NCBI GenBank assembly: GCA_013265495.1
Contig: MU058790.1
Location: 62,001 to 126,000, forward strand
Direction: 5' to 3'
DNA: 64,000 bases
Origin: Vicugna vicugna
Taxonomy: Eukaryota
Part shown: piece after piece, positions 13,510-24,830 of the stretch
How positions within the stretch are numbered: position 1 is the stretch's first letter
Layout: each line of letters starts with the position of its first letter
The notes under the pieces: generated by a model
What the model was told of the DNA's origin: nothing
What the model saw: the letters and a program-made list of their open reading frames with translations, nothing else
Databases searched by the model: none
Translations under genes and position numbers: made by a program

Positions 13510-16500
13510 TTTTCCCCCCAGATATATTGAGATATAATTGACATGTAACACAGTATAAGTTAAGATGTACAACATATTGATTTGATACATTTGTATACTG
13601 CAAGATGATTACCACCATAGCATTAGCTAACACCTTCATCCTGTCACACAATTACTATTGCTTTTTGGTGATGAGAACATTTAAGATTTACTCGTTGCAA
13701 TATCCCATAGGTTTTGACATGTTGCGCTTCCATTTTCATTTGTTTCGAGATATTGCTTGATTTACCTTTAATTTCTTCTTTGACCCGTTGGTTGTTCGGG
13801 AGCATGTTGTTTAATCTCCACATATTTGTGAATTGTCCAGTTGCCTCCTGTAACTGATTTCTAGTTTTATAACATTGTGGCCAGAAAAGATATTTATGAT
13901 TTCAGTCTTCTTAACGTTGCTAAGATTTGTTCGTGACCTATCATTTAGTCTATTCTAGCGAAAAGATTTGTTCGTGACCTATCATTTAGTCTATTCTAGC
14001 GAATGTTCTATGTGTGCTTGAGAAGAATGTTCCTGTTAGAGGAAATATTCTGTATATGTCTGTTAGTTCCATTGGTCTGAAGTATGTTTCAAGTCCAACA
14101 TTTCTTTATTGATTTTCTGTGTGTAACCTATCCATTGTTGAGAGTAGGGTATTGAAGTCCCCTGCTATTTGTGGATTATTGCCTATTTCTCCTTTCAGAT
14201 CTGGTAGTATTTGCTTAATGTATTTAGGTGCTCTGATGTTGAGTGCATATATATCTATGATTATTTTACGTTCTTGACTAATTGACCCTCTTGTCATATA
14301 ATGACCATCTTTGTCTCTTGTTACCTTTTTTGTCTTAGTCTATTTTGTCTGATGCAAATATAGCTATTCCTGCTTTCTCTTAATTTTTATATTTTTATTG
14401 AAGTATAGTTGATTTATAATGTTTCACATATACAGCAAAGTTATTCAGTTATTTATATATACATATCTATATTCTTTTTCAGATTCTTTTCCATTACAGT
14501 TTATTACAGGGTATTGAGTATAGTTTCCTGTGCTATACAGTAGGACCTTGTTGTTTATCTGTTTTATGTATAGTAGTGTGTATCTGTTAATCTCAAATTC
14601 CCAGTTTATCCCTTCTCCCCTTTCCCCTTTGGTAACCATAAGTTTGTTTTCTATGTCTGTGAGCCTGTTTCTATTTTGTAAATAAGTTCATTGTATCATT
14701 TTTTTTAAGATTCCACATATAAGTGACATATGATATTTGGCTTTCTCTGACTTACTTCATTTAGTATGATAATCTTTAGGTCCATCCATGTTGCTGCAAA
14801 TAGCATTATTTCATTCTTTTTATGGCTGAGTAACATTCCATTTTATAAATATACCACATCTCCTTTATCTATTCATCTGCTGATGGACACAAATGAACTT
14901 ATTTACTGGGTAAAGTACTCTTGACTGGCAGTTTCTTTCTTTTGGCATTTTGTATATATTATCCCTGCCTGCAGCACCTCTGCTGAGAAATCCACTGATG
15001 GCCTTATGGGAGTTCCCTTGTGTGAGAGGTTTTTGTTTTTTCTTTTGCTGCTTTTAAAATTCTCTTTGTCTTTGATTTTAGATAGTTTTGTTATTATGTG
15101 TCTTTGAGATGATTGTTTTGGATTGGAACTTTTAGGTGACCTGTTAGCTTCATAAACTTCGATGTCTAAATCTCTTCCCAAGTTTGGGAAGTTCTCTACT
15201 ATTATTTCTTTAAATAAACTTTCTACTCCCTTTCCTTCTGGAACTCCAGTGATGTATACAATATTTCTTTCTATGGTGTCCCATAATTCCCCTAGGCTTT
15301 CTTCATCCTTTTTCATTCTTGCTCCTTGATGGGATAATTTCAGTGGATCTCTCTTTTCACTCTGTGGTTCTCTCTTCTGTTTGCTAAAGTCTGCTGTTGA
15401 AACGCTCTGTTGAATTCTTCAGATCAGTCATTGAACGTCAGCTCCAAAATGTTTGGTTCTTTTTTATTTTTTTCTTTTTGTTGAAATTATTTTGTTCTTG
15501 TACTGCTTCCTGCTATCACTGAATTGTTGATCTGTGTTCTCTCACAGCTCTTTGAGCATCTGTAGAACAATTATTTTCAGTTCTTTGTTGGGCAACTTCT
15601 AGATCTTCATTTCTTTGGGGCCAGTTACTGGAACTTTACTGTATTCCTTTGGTGGAGACATGTTTCCCTAATTCTTCCTGATCCCTGTAGCCTTGAATAG
15701 GTGTCAGGATAGTTGAAGAAGCAGTCACTTCTTCCAGACTTTATGGACTGAGTTTGGTAAGGGCAGCCTTTTACCTGCAGGAGGGGGCATACTGGTTCAC
15801 GTTGTGAGCCTGGGTCTACTGGTGCAGGGTGCCAAGTGTGGGGGTATGTGGCAGCACTTTGTCTGGAGAAGTGTGATGTCCCTTCAGCTCTGGCCAGTAG
15901 GGTCCACAGTAGAAAAAACTGTGTGGTCCTTGGTGAGTAGTACAGGGGCATCTGCAGTGGCTGCAAGAACTGTTAGGGTCCTAAATGGTTCCTCCAGTTC
16001 CAGTAGCTAGTGTAGGCAGTGGGGGTGGCTGGAGCTGCTAGTGTATGCATACTCGGTTGTGGGAGCCAGCCCCAGGTGCCCATGGAATGGCTGAAGCTAG
16101 TTGCAGACACACTCACAGTGATGGGGGCCAGGGAAGCTAGCAAAGGCCAGGCTAACTATGTGCTCTAGTAGCTGCAGGGGACCTGGCTGTTGACATACTC
16201 TCCTGTGGCTGCATGCTCTCCCCCGCTGAGTGTGCAACTATAGTGGACAATGGTGATGGGTTCGGGCTGGGGGTGTGCGGGTGCAAAGTTGGAGGGGCTA
16301 GGTGCAGGTGGGCAGGGTGGTACTAGCCAGTGACAAGACACAGCCTGATGTGGGCGCACAAGCAGCTGTGAGTCCTGGTTGTCCGTGCACTCACCCCTGA
16401 CTGTGTGCTCACCCATGGCTGCGCGCTCTCCCCTGTGCTCGAAGGCTGCAGTGGAGGCCAGTGACTGGCATCAGGCCAGGGGATGCAGGAGCACAGCTGC

Positions 16501-17358
16501 AGGGCTAGCCTCCGGAGCAGGCATGGCAGTAGCGTCAGCTAGGGGTGGAGGCTCGGCTGGGGTTTTGCACGTAGGCAGCTGCAGAAGCTCCAGCTGGCTG
16601 TGAGCATGGCTCCAGGGCTCCCGTGGGGTTGGGGAGGAACTCAGGCAGCTGGCATCTTAAACTTGCCACACCACAGAGACCTCAGTGGCTGTAGGTGCAA
16701 TCCCAGCCTCTGGTGGGGGTGGGGTAGGAAGCAGGGAGAGATTCAGGTGGCTAGCATCATCCAACAGAGTACCTGTGGGGCAAAAGTTAGAGCGATCTGC
16801 CAGGGATCCGTGGCAGCTGTGCTGCCCGTTGTCTTCAGCAGTGGGGAAATGGGCTGAGGTTTTCTGCGGAGCAGGTCTCGGTGAACCAGGATCATTGCCA
16901 CTGCGCGTGTGCTAATAATAGCCTCCACTTTCCTTCCTTGTCTAGGGAGCTTCACACATCTCCACTTTGTTGGTCAGGGTGGGGTGAAACTGAAGCGGAA
17001 CCTTCCATGCAGTGTCCCAAGAAACTGAGGAAGCTGTCACTCAGCCCACTCTTAAGGAAGGGGTGAGTCCTGGTGAGGGGAACTCTTTCTAGCTGGGAAG
17101 TTCCTTCTTGGTCCTCAACAGTGCCAGCTGGGGGAATGGGATGATGCGGGCAAAATGATTTTGTTTTTCTTCTCTTTTTGTGTGATTCTTTTTTTTATTT
17201 TTTTTTATTTTTTTTTTTTTTTTTTTTCCAGGTGTTGTTAAAAGTTCCTAAGCGGACTCTAGAGGTCTCCCAGAGCTGCTGTTCTTCATGGATAGAGTCT
17301 CATCCTTGATCTTTGTAGGGAGACCAGGATGCTGGGTTCTCCTATGTCACTATTCCAT
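13510..17358 (-). mobile_element. Older L1 with GC-rich 5'UTR, ORF1, endonuclease region and 3' end, but no RT region
   Basis: ORF1 remnant at 14903-15316 (ELWDTIER...ITGVPEG...IIVENFPNLG), EN remnant at 14106-14297 (IYALNIRAPKYIKQIL...AGDFNT), L1MA-like 3'UTR at 13520-13695, GC-rich 5' region at about 15700-17358. Confidence 0.85.
14381..14890 (-). mobile_element. Younger L1 3' end nested in the older L1
   Basis: Same 3'UTR type as 1735-2368 (ttttattgaagtatagttgattta...ggtaaccataagtttg). Confidence 0.88.
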
Positions 17359-17399
17359 AACCTCATTTTCACTTACGAATAGACCTATTAAGAAATGGA

Positions 17400-17720
17400 A
17401 TTATTTTGCTTGGAGAAAACAAGGCTTTAGAGGGACTCAATAATATTTATGAAATTGACTTTTTGATATTGGTTTTCTTTATGAAGTATTTCTATCTGGC
17501 CGAAAATGGCCAGTTGTTGTCCATATCGTGTGTGTGTTATGAAATCAAGTTGCATGAGGAAGAAGCTAAGTTATAAAAGGGCAGAATTTCTCAACTCTGA
17601 ATGATGTTGGGTAAAAAGCAAACTGCTGACAGAGGCTAGGAAATCTGACCCCTAGAGATTTCTAAAAATTTGACAAAAGATCAACGAGGTGGTCTGAGAA
17701 TCTTTGAAAACTATAATCTT
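17400..17720 (+). mobile_element. Possible ancient CR1/L3 LINE 3' fragment
   Basis: Weak resemblance to the L3 3' end (ttggagaaaacaaggctttagagggac...agaatttctcaactctga). Confidence 0.35.
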
Positions 17721-18934
17721 TAATATCTTTTTGTGGTGACTGGGGAATGACGTAGTCTCAATGTTCCAGTTCATCATAATTATTGCTAACTGATTAGCAG
17801 TTTTCAAGGAAGAAATTCAGTCCTGATATATACTATTTTGTGGACAAAAGGAAGTACTTAGAAAGATTGTACATGAATAGAGGCCACTGTGAGTTTGTTT
17901 TCACAATCTTACTCTCAGAACTAACCACCTGGAGACTGCACCTGTCTGACTTCTGGAAACAGCCTATATATTATATTCTGAAACTTCATCCTTCCAAGAA
18001 GTCTATTCCAAATATAGTAAATCTGACATATATAAAAATTGGACTCGATGTTCATAACTTTTAGAATTACATTGAAATATTAAGTAATCACCAAGTTTAC
18101 CATTATGTTAGATCCCTTGATTGCTAAACATGACTTCTTCTTTTCAGTCATGCAATTCCCAATTAAGTAACAATAAAATCACTAGCCCTCCCACTCACAT
18201 AGAAAAAGCTAAACATCACTCTTTCCGGTCAGATGGGGGCAGATTCAGGGCATAAGGAATGAATCACTTTTGTATTTCCTGAGATTTCAGAGCCAATTTC
18301 AGATATCTTTGCATTGTTTGATAACAAAAAAGAATTAGGCTATCAAAACATCTCCTGGTTATAGTTAACGCACCTGTATTGGCTGAAAATCACCCGAGCC
18401 CACTATTCACATGGTAGCAATTCCAAATCTAGCTGATGTAAGGCAGCAGAGATGATCATCCTATTTTCCAATTGAGGGCTCTGCATCACCCACGGCTAAA
18501 ATATTAAACTCAGACATCTGTGTTGTCAACTTCCTGATGGATTTATTACTCGGTGTTTCGAACTAATAGGGCCAATGTGCCTGTGACTTTACTGAGATCA
18601 AAGGCAACGGCGAGTTTGACCAAATCCAACTCACAATAGAAGTAGGCTGTAAAACATCTTTCAAGAATCTGAGTTTTTGCACTTTTTTCCTTTGTAGAAA
18701 ACATTCAGCAAATTTTACTTTCCATTTGGTATGCATAAAAATGCATTTTGAGAAATCGTCTTCCTCTTTAAGATATTGTATATGAAAGGGCGTGGAAATG
18801 GGAATAGGGGGGAAATGAAACATCACTAGCTGATACCAGCATTAACTAGAGGGAGTGAAACAAAATAGGGGATATTAAAATAAAGCGGAGGCATGAGACA
18901 TTATTTTTCCTTGTTTTAAAAAAGTAAATAATGT

Positions 18935-19460
18935 TTAAGTTGATTGCAATTTGGCCCCAATTTTCCACTTCTCTCTGTATCCCTGTCCTCTGCAATGTGA
19001 CTTCACAGTTTCTTCCATCCAAAGGAGGAGTCGTTGTGCTCACCCCTTGAATATGGGCTGTTCTCGTGACTTGCTCTGACCAACAGAATGCAGTAGAATT
19101 GATGTCTGAGTTCCAGAATGTAGAGCTCAAGAAACCTAGCATGCTTCTCTTCTCTCTTTTGCTGCTCTACCTTTTCCAAGACAGTATGCCCAGGCTAGCT
19201 TGCTTGAAGGTGAAACATGTAGGATGGACAGAGCAGATTCAGCATAGTAGTGCCAGCCAAGACACCAGACGTATGAGAGAGAGAGCCCAAGATTGACAGA
19301 ACTTCCTAGGCAACCCACTGCTGACTATGGATACATAAGTGAGTCAGCTCACATCAACGGAGCCATCCAGATGACCTCCAGATGCATGGGACATAGTAAA
19401 TCGTTCTTGCTTTAAGCCTCTATATTGAAAGTAATTTGTTACACGACAAAGCTACTGACA
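18935..19460 (+). mobile_element. MaLR solo LTR (MLT1F/G/H-like)
   Basis: ccccttgaatatgggctg...gtgacttgctctgaccaacagaatgcagtagaa, with an MLT1-type 3' end (ttgttacacgacaaagctactgaca). Confidence 0.75.
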
Positions 19461-21505
19461 GAAATTGTATCAAACATTGATGAAAATGATCCTGGAGGGG
19501 TCCAAGATGCAAGTTGTAGGTGATTATATTCATGCTTACATTGCATGGGAAACTTTTCTGGGGATTACTATAAAGAACATATTGGCTTTACTAGGAGTAA
19601 AACACTGTATTCTCTGAATTGTCATGACTTATGTGGAGTTATACTTGCTTTGAAAATCCCTGGGATCATGGACCGCAAAGGTGCAGCCATTCAGAAAATA
19701 CAGGTAATATCTTTAAGACAGTTCTAATAACTAGCACCTTGTTCCATCTATGTAGAAACAAGCTATCTGGTAATCCCACTGTCTGAAATAGAAGTGAAAA
19801 CTGGGGATGAGGGCAGGAGGAAGTGTCTGAACCACCAACATAAAACTAAAATCCACAAACAGTACATTAAACTCTGGCAAAGTGCATCTTAAATTCACTC
19901 AGTGCTTTTTTGTACTTGCCCTAACAAGTTTAGTGATCTTGGTCCCAAACCCATAGTTGATGAGAAGAGGCAAGTTCAAAGAAGAGAGAAGGCTTATTAG
20001 CAACAGACACACAATGCTAGCAAGTGACGTCTGAGAACCTAAAGAAAGGGCAAAGAAAGAAATGCTACGAACAGACTTAAAACCTTGGAAGCATAGCAAT
20101 ATGGTGTCATTTGGTGTAAGGGAAAAGAGGTTCATATACCTCAACCGAACTTAAAGGCATCATTTACTGTATTTCTTCATTCATTTATTTATAGCCAACA
20201 AATGCTATATACACTGAGCTTTTTCTCTGGTAGGTGTACTAGCCAGAACCTAAAGGGCTGAGAATATTAATTAGAGCCTATAATTGGGCATAATAACATA
20301 TGTAATGGCAATGATGTTTTTAATACTTGATTCACAAAAGAGTGAAATCATGTTAAGTCAACTAAAATATTCATGCACAATAGTTAAAATTTTTGCCTAT
20401 GTGTAAAAGGTAAATTTTCAGTTATCTGGAAAGTGCAGACATTGAGAATGACTCATTCCAGAGTGTTCTGAGATGGCCTAAGTTTTGTATTAGTGGTGTG
20501 TCTAATAGTAAGTTAGTATGTCTAATATGAGTTTTGTGCAGTGTGTCCATTTCCAGTACAGGAATGTCCACATTTCTTGGAGAAAGGAAAGAAGAACTTG
20601 TGTAGATTTTCCTTAAAGAAGTATAATTTGTTTGTTTATGATTAAAGATAAAAATAAAGAATTAGGTTGCTTTAAAAATGGGGAGGGGAAAACAAAATTA
20701 CATGATACTGAAGGCATGAAAAGAAGAAAAATAGTTTCACTCGTCTAAAAATAATGCCCTAAATCTGCTGAAAGTGAAAAATACAGACTACACTAACAAC
20801 TTTTTTTACTTTTCACTTTCTTACTGGTGTTTAAAAACAAAATTAGTTATTTTCAGAAATGAGGAAGTTTTGACCTGCTGGATCAAGTTCGGCTGCAGGT
20901 GGTGTTGATTGCTTTCAGATGGCAGAGAACTGTAAGCTCATCTCTAAGTAGATTAAACCGGGAAAATGAATCCAAAGCATGCCTAGCACTTAGAAAAATT
21001 ACTGCCTCATTAAATAGTCATGAAACCCACAAGTCACATGGAAAAGACAGACACTTCCAGTTCAAGATGGTGACCTGACCCTAAGCAATTCTCCTTCTTG
21101 CTCTCTCTCCCAGGACTCTTAAAGCACATTCAAAAATAATAATAGTATCACCCATGCAAAAAGAATAGAGGAGAACCATCAAGGGATAAAAGAATTCAAC
21201 ATATTCCTAGAAGCTGGATCATTGGTAGAGAAATGCTCATTCATGAACTGGGATGAAGGAAACCAAAACCAGAATTCTGTGAGGAGGAGGCTGGAGCTTA
21301 GCAAGATGCTTACCTAGCCTGAAGAATGCCAGAGGATTTAGCGACATGGAAATACCAGATAAAAAGGAGGAGAATAGTGACAACGGTGACTGAAAAGACT
21401 GCAATCCATCATCCAACCAATGAAAGTTCCAGAAAGAGTACAGAAATAGCAGATGGAAGAAAAGCATCAAAGACAACATAATTTATCTGAGCTAAAATTA
21501 TATGC

Positions 21506-21855
21506 TGTCTCAGCTTAGGTCCTCTAGAAAGCAGAGTTTAAAGCAAAGATTAAAGTACTGATAATGCTGGGTGTAAGCCCAGGGCAGTGATGGTGAGAAA
21601 CAGGGGAAGTGAAGCAAGGAAGTATGAAGCACCAGATGTGAAGCATCACTGCACTGGCCGCCAATTCACAAGGACCCCAAGTTCATTAGGTGTGTATGCT
21701 CAGTGCTTGGGTCTTTTCTGGAAGGACTTTGAAAGGCGCTGCACCTCCAAGTGGTCCAGGAAAGAGAGAAAGGGATGGGAATTTATCTTCTCAGTATATT
21801 ATTCTGGTCTGTTTTCCACTGGTCGAGACTCACTCCATGGTAATATAACTTCCTA
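21506..21855 (-). mobile_element. ERVL LTR fragment (LTR33/LTR16-like), split by the MER21-like LTR
   Basis: tgtctcagcttaggtcctctagaaagcagag... start; appears to resume after about 22790. Confidence 0.5.
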
Positions 21856-21904
21856 TGATATTGCAATATAATAAGAAAAAATCTATCTATCTATTGTCTG
21901 TCTG

Positions 21905-21945
<41 letters not shown>

Positions 21946-22783
21946 TTATCTATCTATCTTCATTCCAGGATACTGGCCAGATCTCCTAAAACCTTTGTAA
22001 TTCCCTAAGCAGTAAAGGTGCTGGAAACATCTTTTGTTCTAATATTTGGTCTTTGACTCCAGTTCCTGACATAGAGCTCCTAAATCTCTTGGAACTCCCT
22101 GAGTGATGGGAACGTCTTTGATTCTAATGCGGTACCTCTTAGTGGACTTCTAGATAGCTTCAGGATGGAGGCTGGTCGTCTGAAAGGCCAAGCTATGATT
22201 AGAAGCAGGGAAATTTCAGCCCCACTTCCCCATCCTCCAGAGAGGGGAGAGGTGCTAGAGATTAAGTTAATAATTGACCCTGCCTATGTGATGAAGCCTC
22301 CATTAAAGTCTCTGAACAGCAGAGTTTGGAGACCCTCCACGTTGCTGAACACATTGAGGTGCTGAGAGGGTGATGCACCCCAAGAGGGCATGGAATCTCT
22401 GCCACTGCTCCCACATACCTTGCCATATTCATTTAGCTATTCCTGAGTTGTATCCTTTTATAATGAACTGGTAAGTCAAATGTTTTCCTGAGTTCTGTGA
22501 GCCAATCTAACAAATGATCAGACCTGAGGAGGGGATGGTGGTAACCCTGATTTATAGCCAATCGACAAACTGGGACTTGTGATTGGCGTCTGAAATGGGA
22601 GCAGTCTCGTGGGACTGAGCCTTTAACTTGTGGAATCTGTTGGTAGATGGTGTCAGAACCGAACTGAATTGTAGGATACCCAGCTTGTGTTGGAAAACTG
22701 GTCGGTGAGGAGGAAAATCCACACATTTGGTGAGCAGAAGTGAAGTAGTGTTGAGAGAAGAAACAGGATTTTTCTTTTTCACA
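21856..22783 (+). mobile_element. MER21-like solo LTR
   Basis: TG...CA ends; atttggtctttgactccagttcctgacatagagctcctaaa, ggatggaggctggtc and tgagttctgtgagccaatctaacaaat are MER21 hallmarks. Confidence 0.75.
21881..21958. repeat. (TCTA)n/(TCTG)n compound tetranucleotide microsatellite
   Basis: Read directly from the sequence. Confidence 0.95.
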
Positions 22784-23044
22784 GCCTCCTCCGTCAATGA
22801 CACGTACTTCTGGGCTGCATCGTCCAGCCTCAGTGACGTATCAGGAACTAGATATTACGCCCTGTTCTGGGGACACTTCATTCATTGAAGTCTGGAAGGA
22901 AAGGAGCCACCCTACACAGATGAGGCTCTGGCCAAGAGAGAAAGAAAAGAGACATTTGATGGAATTGAGCACATAGTTTATGTCCTATAACCCAGCTAAA
23001 CAAGTGTAGGGAAGAATAAAGACATTTTCTGACCTCCATGTTCT

Positions 23045-23860
23045 TTTTCTTTCTTTTTTGAATCATTTATTGGTATATATGTAAAGCAAAATGTATAATA
23101 AACACTAATCTTAAGTGTACAACTCGGTAAATTTTTTACGTACGTCAGTGTCATGTAACACCACACAGATCAAGATGTAGAACTTTTACAAAACCCGATT
23201 TCCCTCATGCCCCTTGACAGTCAATACCCTGCCCCTTAGAGGTAACCACTGTTATGACTGCTAATATCACACACTTGTTTTTCATATAAATAGAATCCTG
23301 TGGTATATGCAGTTTTGTGTCTGGTGCAAAAACCTTCCTGCGCTTGATCCATGTTGTGTGCAGCAGGAGTTCGTTCCTTTCTACTGTGGTGTAATCTTCA
23401 ATTGTATGATGCCACTGAAATGCATTTGTCCATTCTTCCATTAATAAACATTTGGTTCATTCCCAATGCATTCATTTCTCTTGAGCATATACATAGGAGC
23501 CAGATTCCTAGACCATTGGGTGGTGTAGGTTTAGTTTTTTATTTTTAATTGAAGTATAGTTGATTTACAATGTTGTGTTAGTTTCTGGCATACAGCATAG
23601 TGATTCAGTTATACACATATATATATTTCTTTTCATATTCTTTTTCATTATAGGCTATTGCAAGGTACTGAATATGGTTTTCTGTGCTATACAGTAAGAC
23701 TTTGTTATTTATCTATTTTATGTATTGTAGTATGTATCTGCTAATCCTGAACTCCCAATTTATCCCTCCATCCCCCTCCCTTTAGCCTCAATAGATACTG
23801 TAAGAGTTTTCCAAAGTGGTTGTCCCAATTTATATTCCTACTAGCACACTATGAAGGTAT
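23045..23860 (-). mobile_element. Old L1 (L1MC-like) 3' region with a nested younger L1 3' end at about 23540-23782
   Basis: cttaagtgtacaactc...agatcaagatgtagaac and gaggtaaccactgtt hallmarks; nested aattgaagtatagttgatttac element. Confidence 0.75.
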
Positions 23861-23984
23861 GGTAATTAAGGGCAAGGATATAAAATAGGCTGTATATATA
23901 TTTTTCAAGTTTATATATTCAAGTTAATATATATATATATATATAAATCAATCAAGTTAATATATATTAGCTTGATTTAAACCA

Positions 23985-24830
23985 AATGTACCATTGCAAT
24001 TAAGTCAAGGGAAAGGATGGTCTGTTCTATAAATGGTGCTGGAGCAATTATATATCCATATGGAATAATAGAAGCCTTGACCTCTACCTCACACCATGCC
24101 CCCAAATTAGAGATTAACATAGACCTAAGTGACCTAAGTGGAAAAAGTAACAAATAAAACTTCTAGAATAAAACATAGGAGACTATATTTATGATCTTAG
24201 GAGTAGGCAAAGATTTCATAAACAGTATGTGATGAGCACTAACCACAAAAGAAAAAAATTAAAAACCAGACTTTATAAAATTAGGAACTTCTGTTCATGA
24301 AAAAAAAAATTACTAAGAAAGTGAAAAACTATAGCCTGGGAGAAAATATTTTTAATATACATATCCAAAAAGGACTCATATTCCAAGATTATACTGTATA
24401 GCACAGGGAAATATATACAAGATCCTGTGGTAGCTCACAGCAAAAAAAAAAATGTGACAATGAACATATGTATGTTCAAGTATAACTGAAAAATTGTGCT
24501 CTACATTGGAATTTGACACAACATAGTAAAGTGACTATAACTCAATAAAAAAGTTAAAAAAAAAGAACTCATATTCCAGATATATAAAGAACCTGTATAG
24601 CTCTATAAGAAAGAGACAAAAAAAATCATTTAATGGACAAAACACTTGGACAGTCACTTCTCAACAAAATATATCTAAATAGCCAATAAAGATGAAAATT
24701 CTCAATATTATCAGCCATCAGGAAAATGCAAATTAAAATCACAAGGCAAAACCACCTCATACCGACAAATACAGCTAAAATTTAAAACTTTTGGTGTTAG
24801 TGGGGACATGGAGTAACTGGAACTCTTAAG
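23985..24830 (+). mobile_element. Old L1 ORF2 3' fragment
   Basis: ataaatggtgctggagcaatt, aaacttctagaataaaacataggag, atcaggaaaatgcaaattaaaatcaca. Confidence 0.8.
24386..24563 (+). mobile_element. Young lineage-specific L1 3' end
   Basis: AATAAA plus A tail; TSD actcatattcca at 24374-24385 and 24567-24578. A related shorter piece lies at about 55340-55410. Confidence 0.85.

Noticed and set aside
13922..14003. Direct repeats as a possible CRISPR-like array
   Set aside because: Two abutting copies with no spacer, inside L1 in a mammalian genome.
15625..17066. Cluster of 60-113 aa ORFs on both strands
   Set aside because: They lie in the GC-rich 5'UTR of an old L1, with no domain or exon structure.
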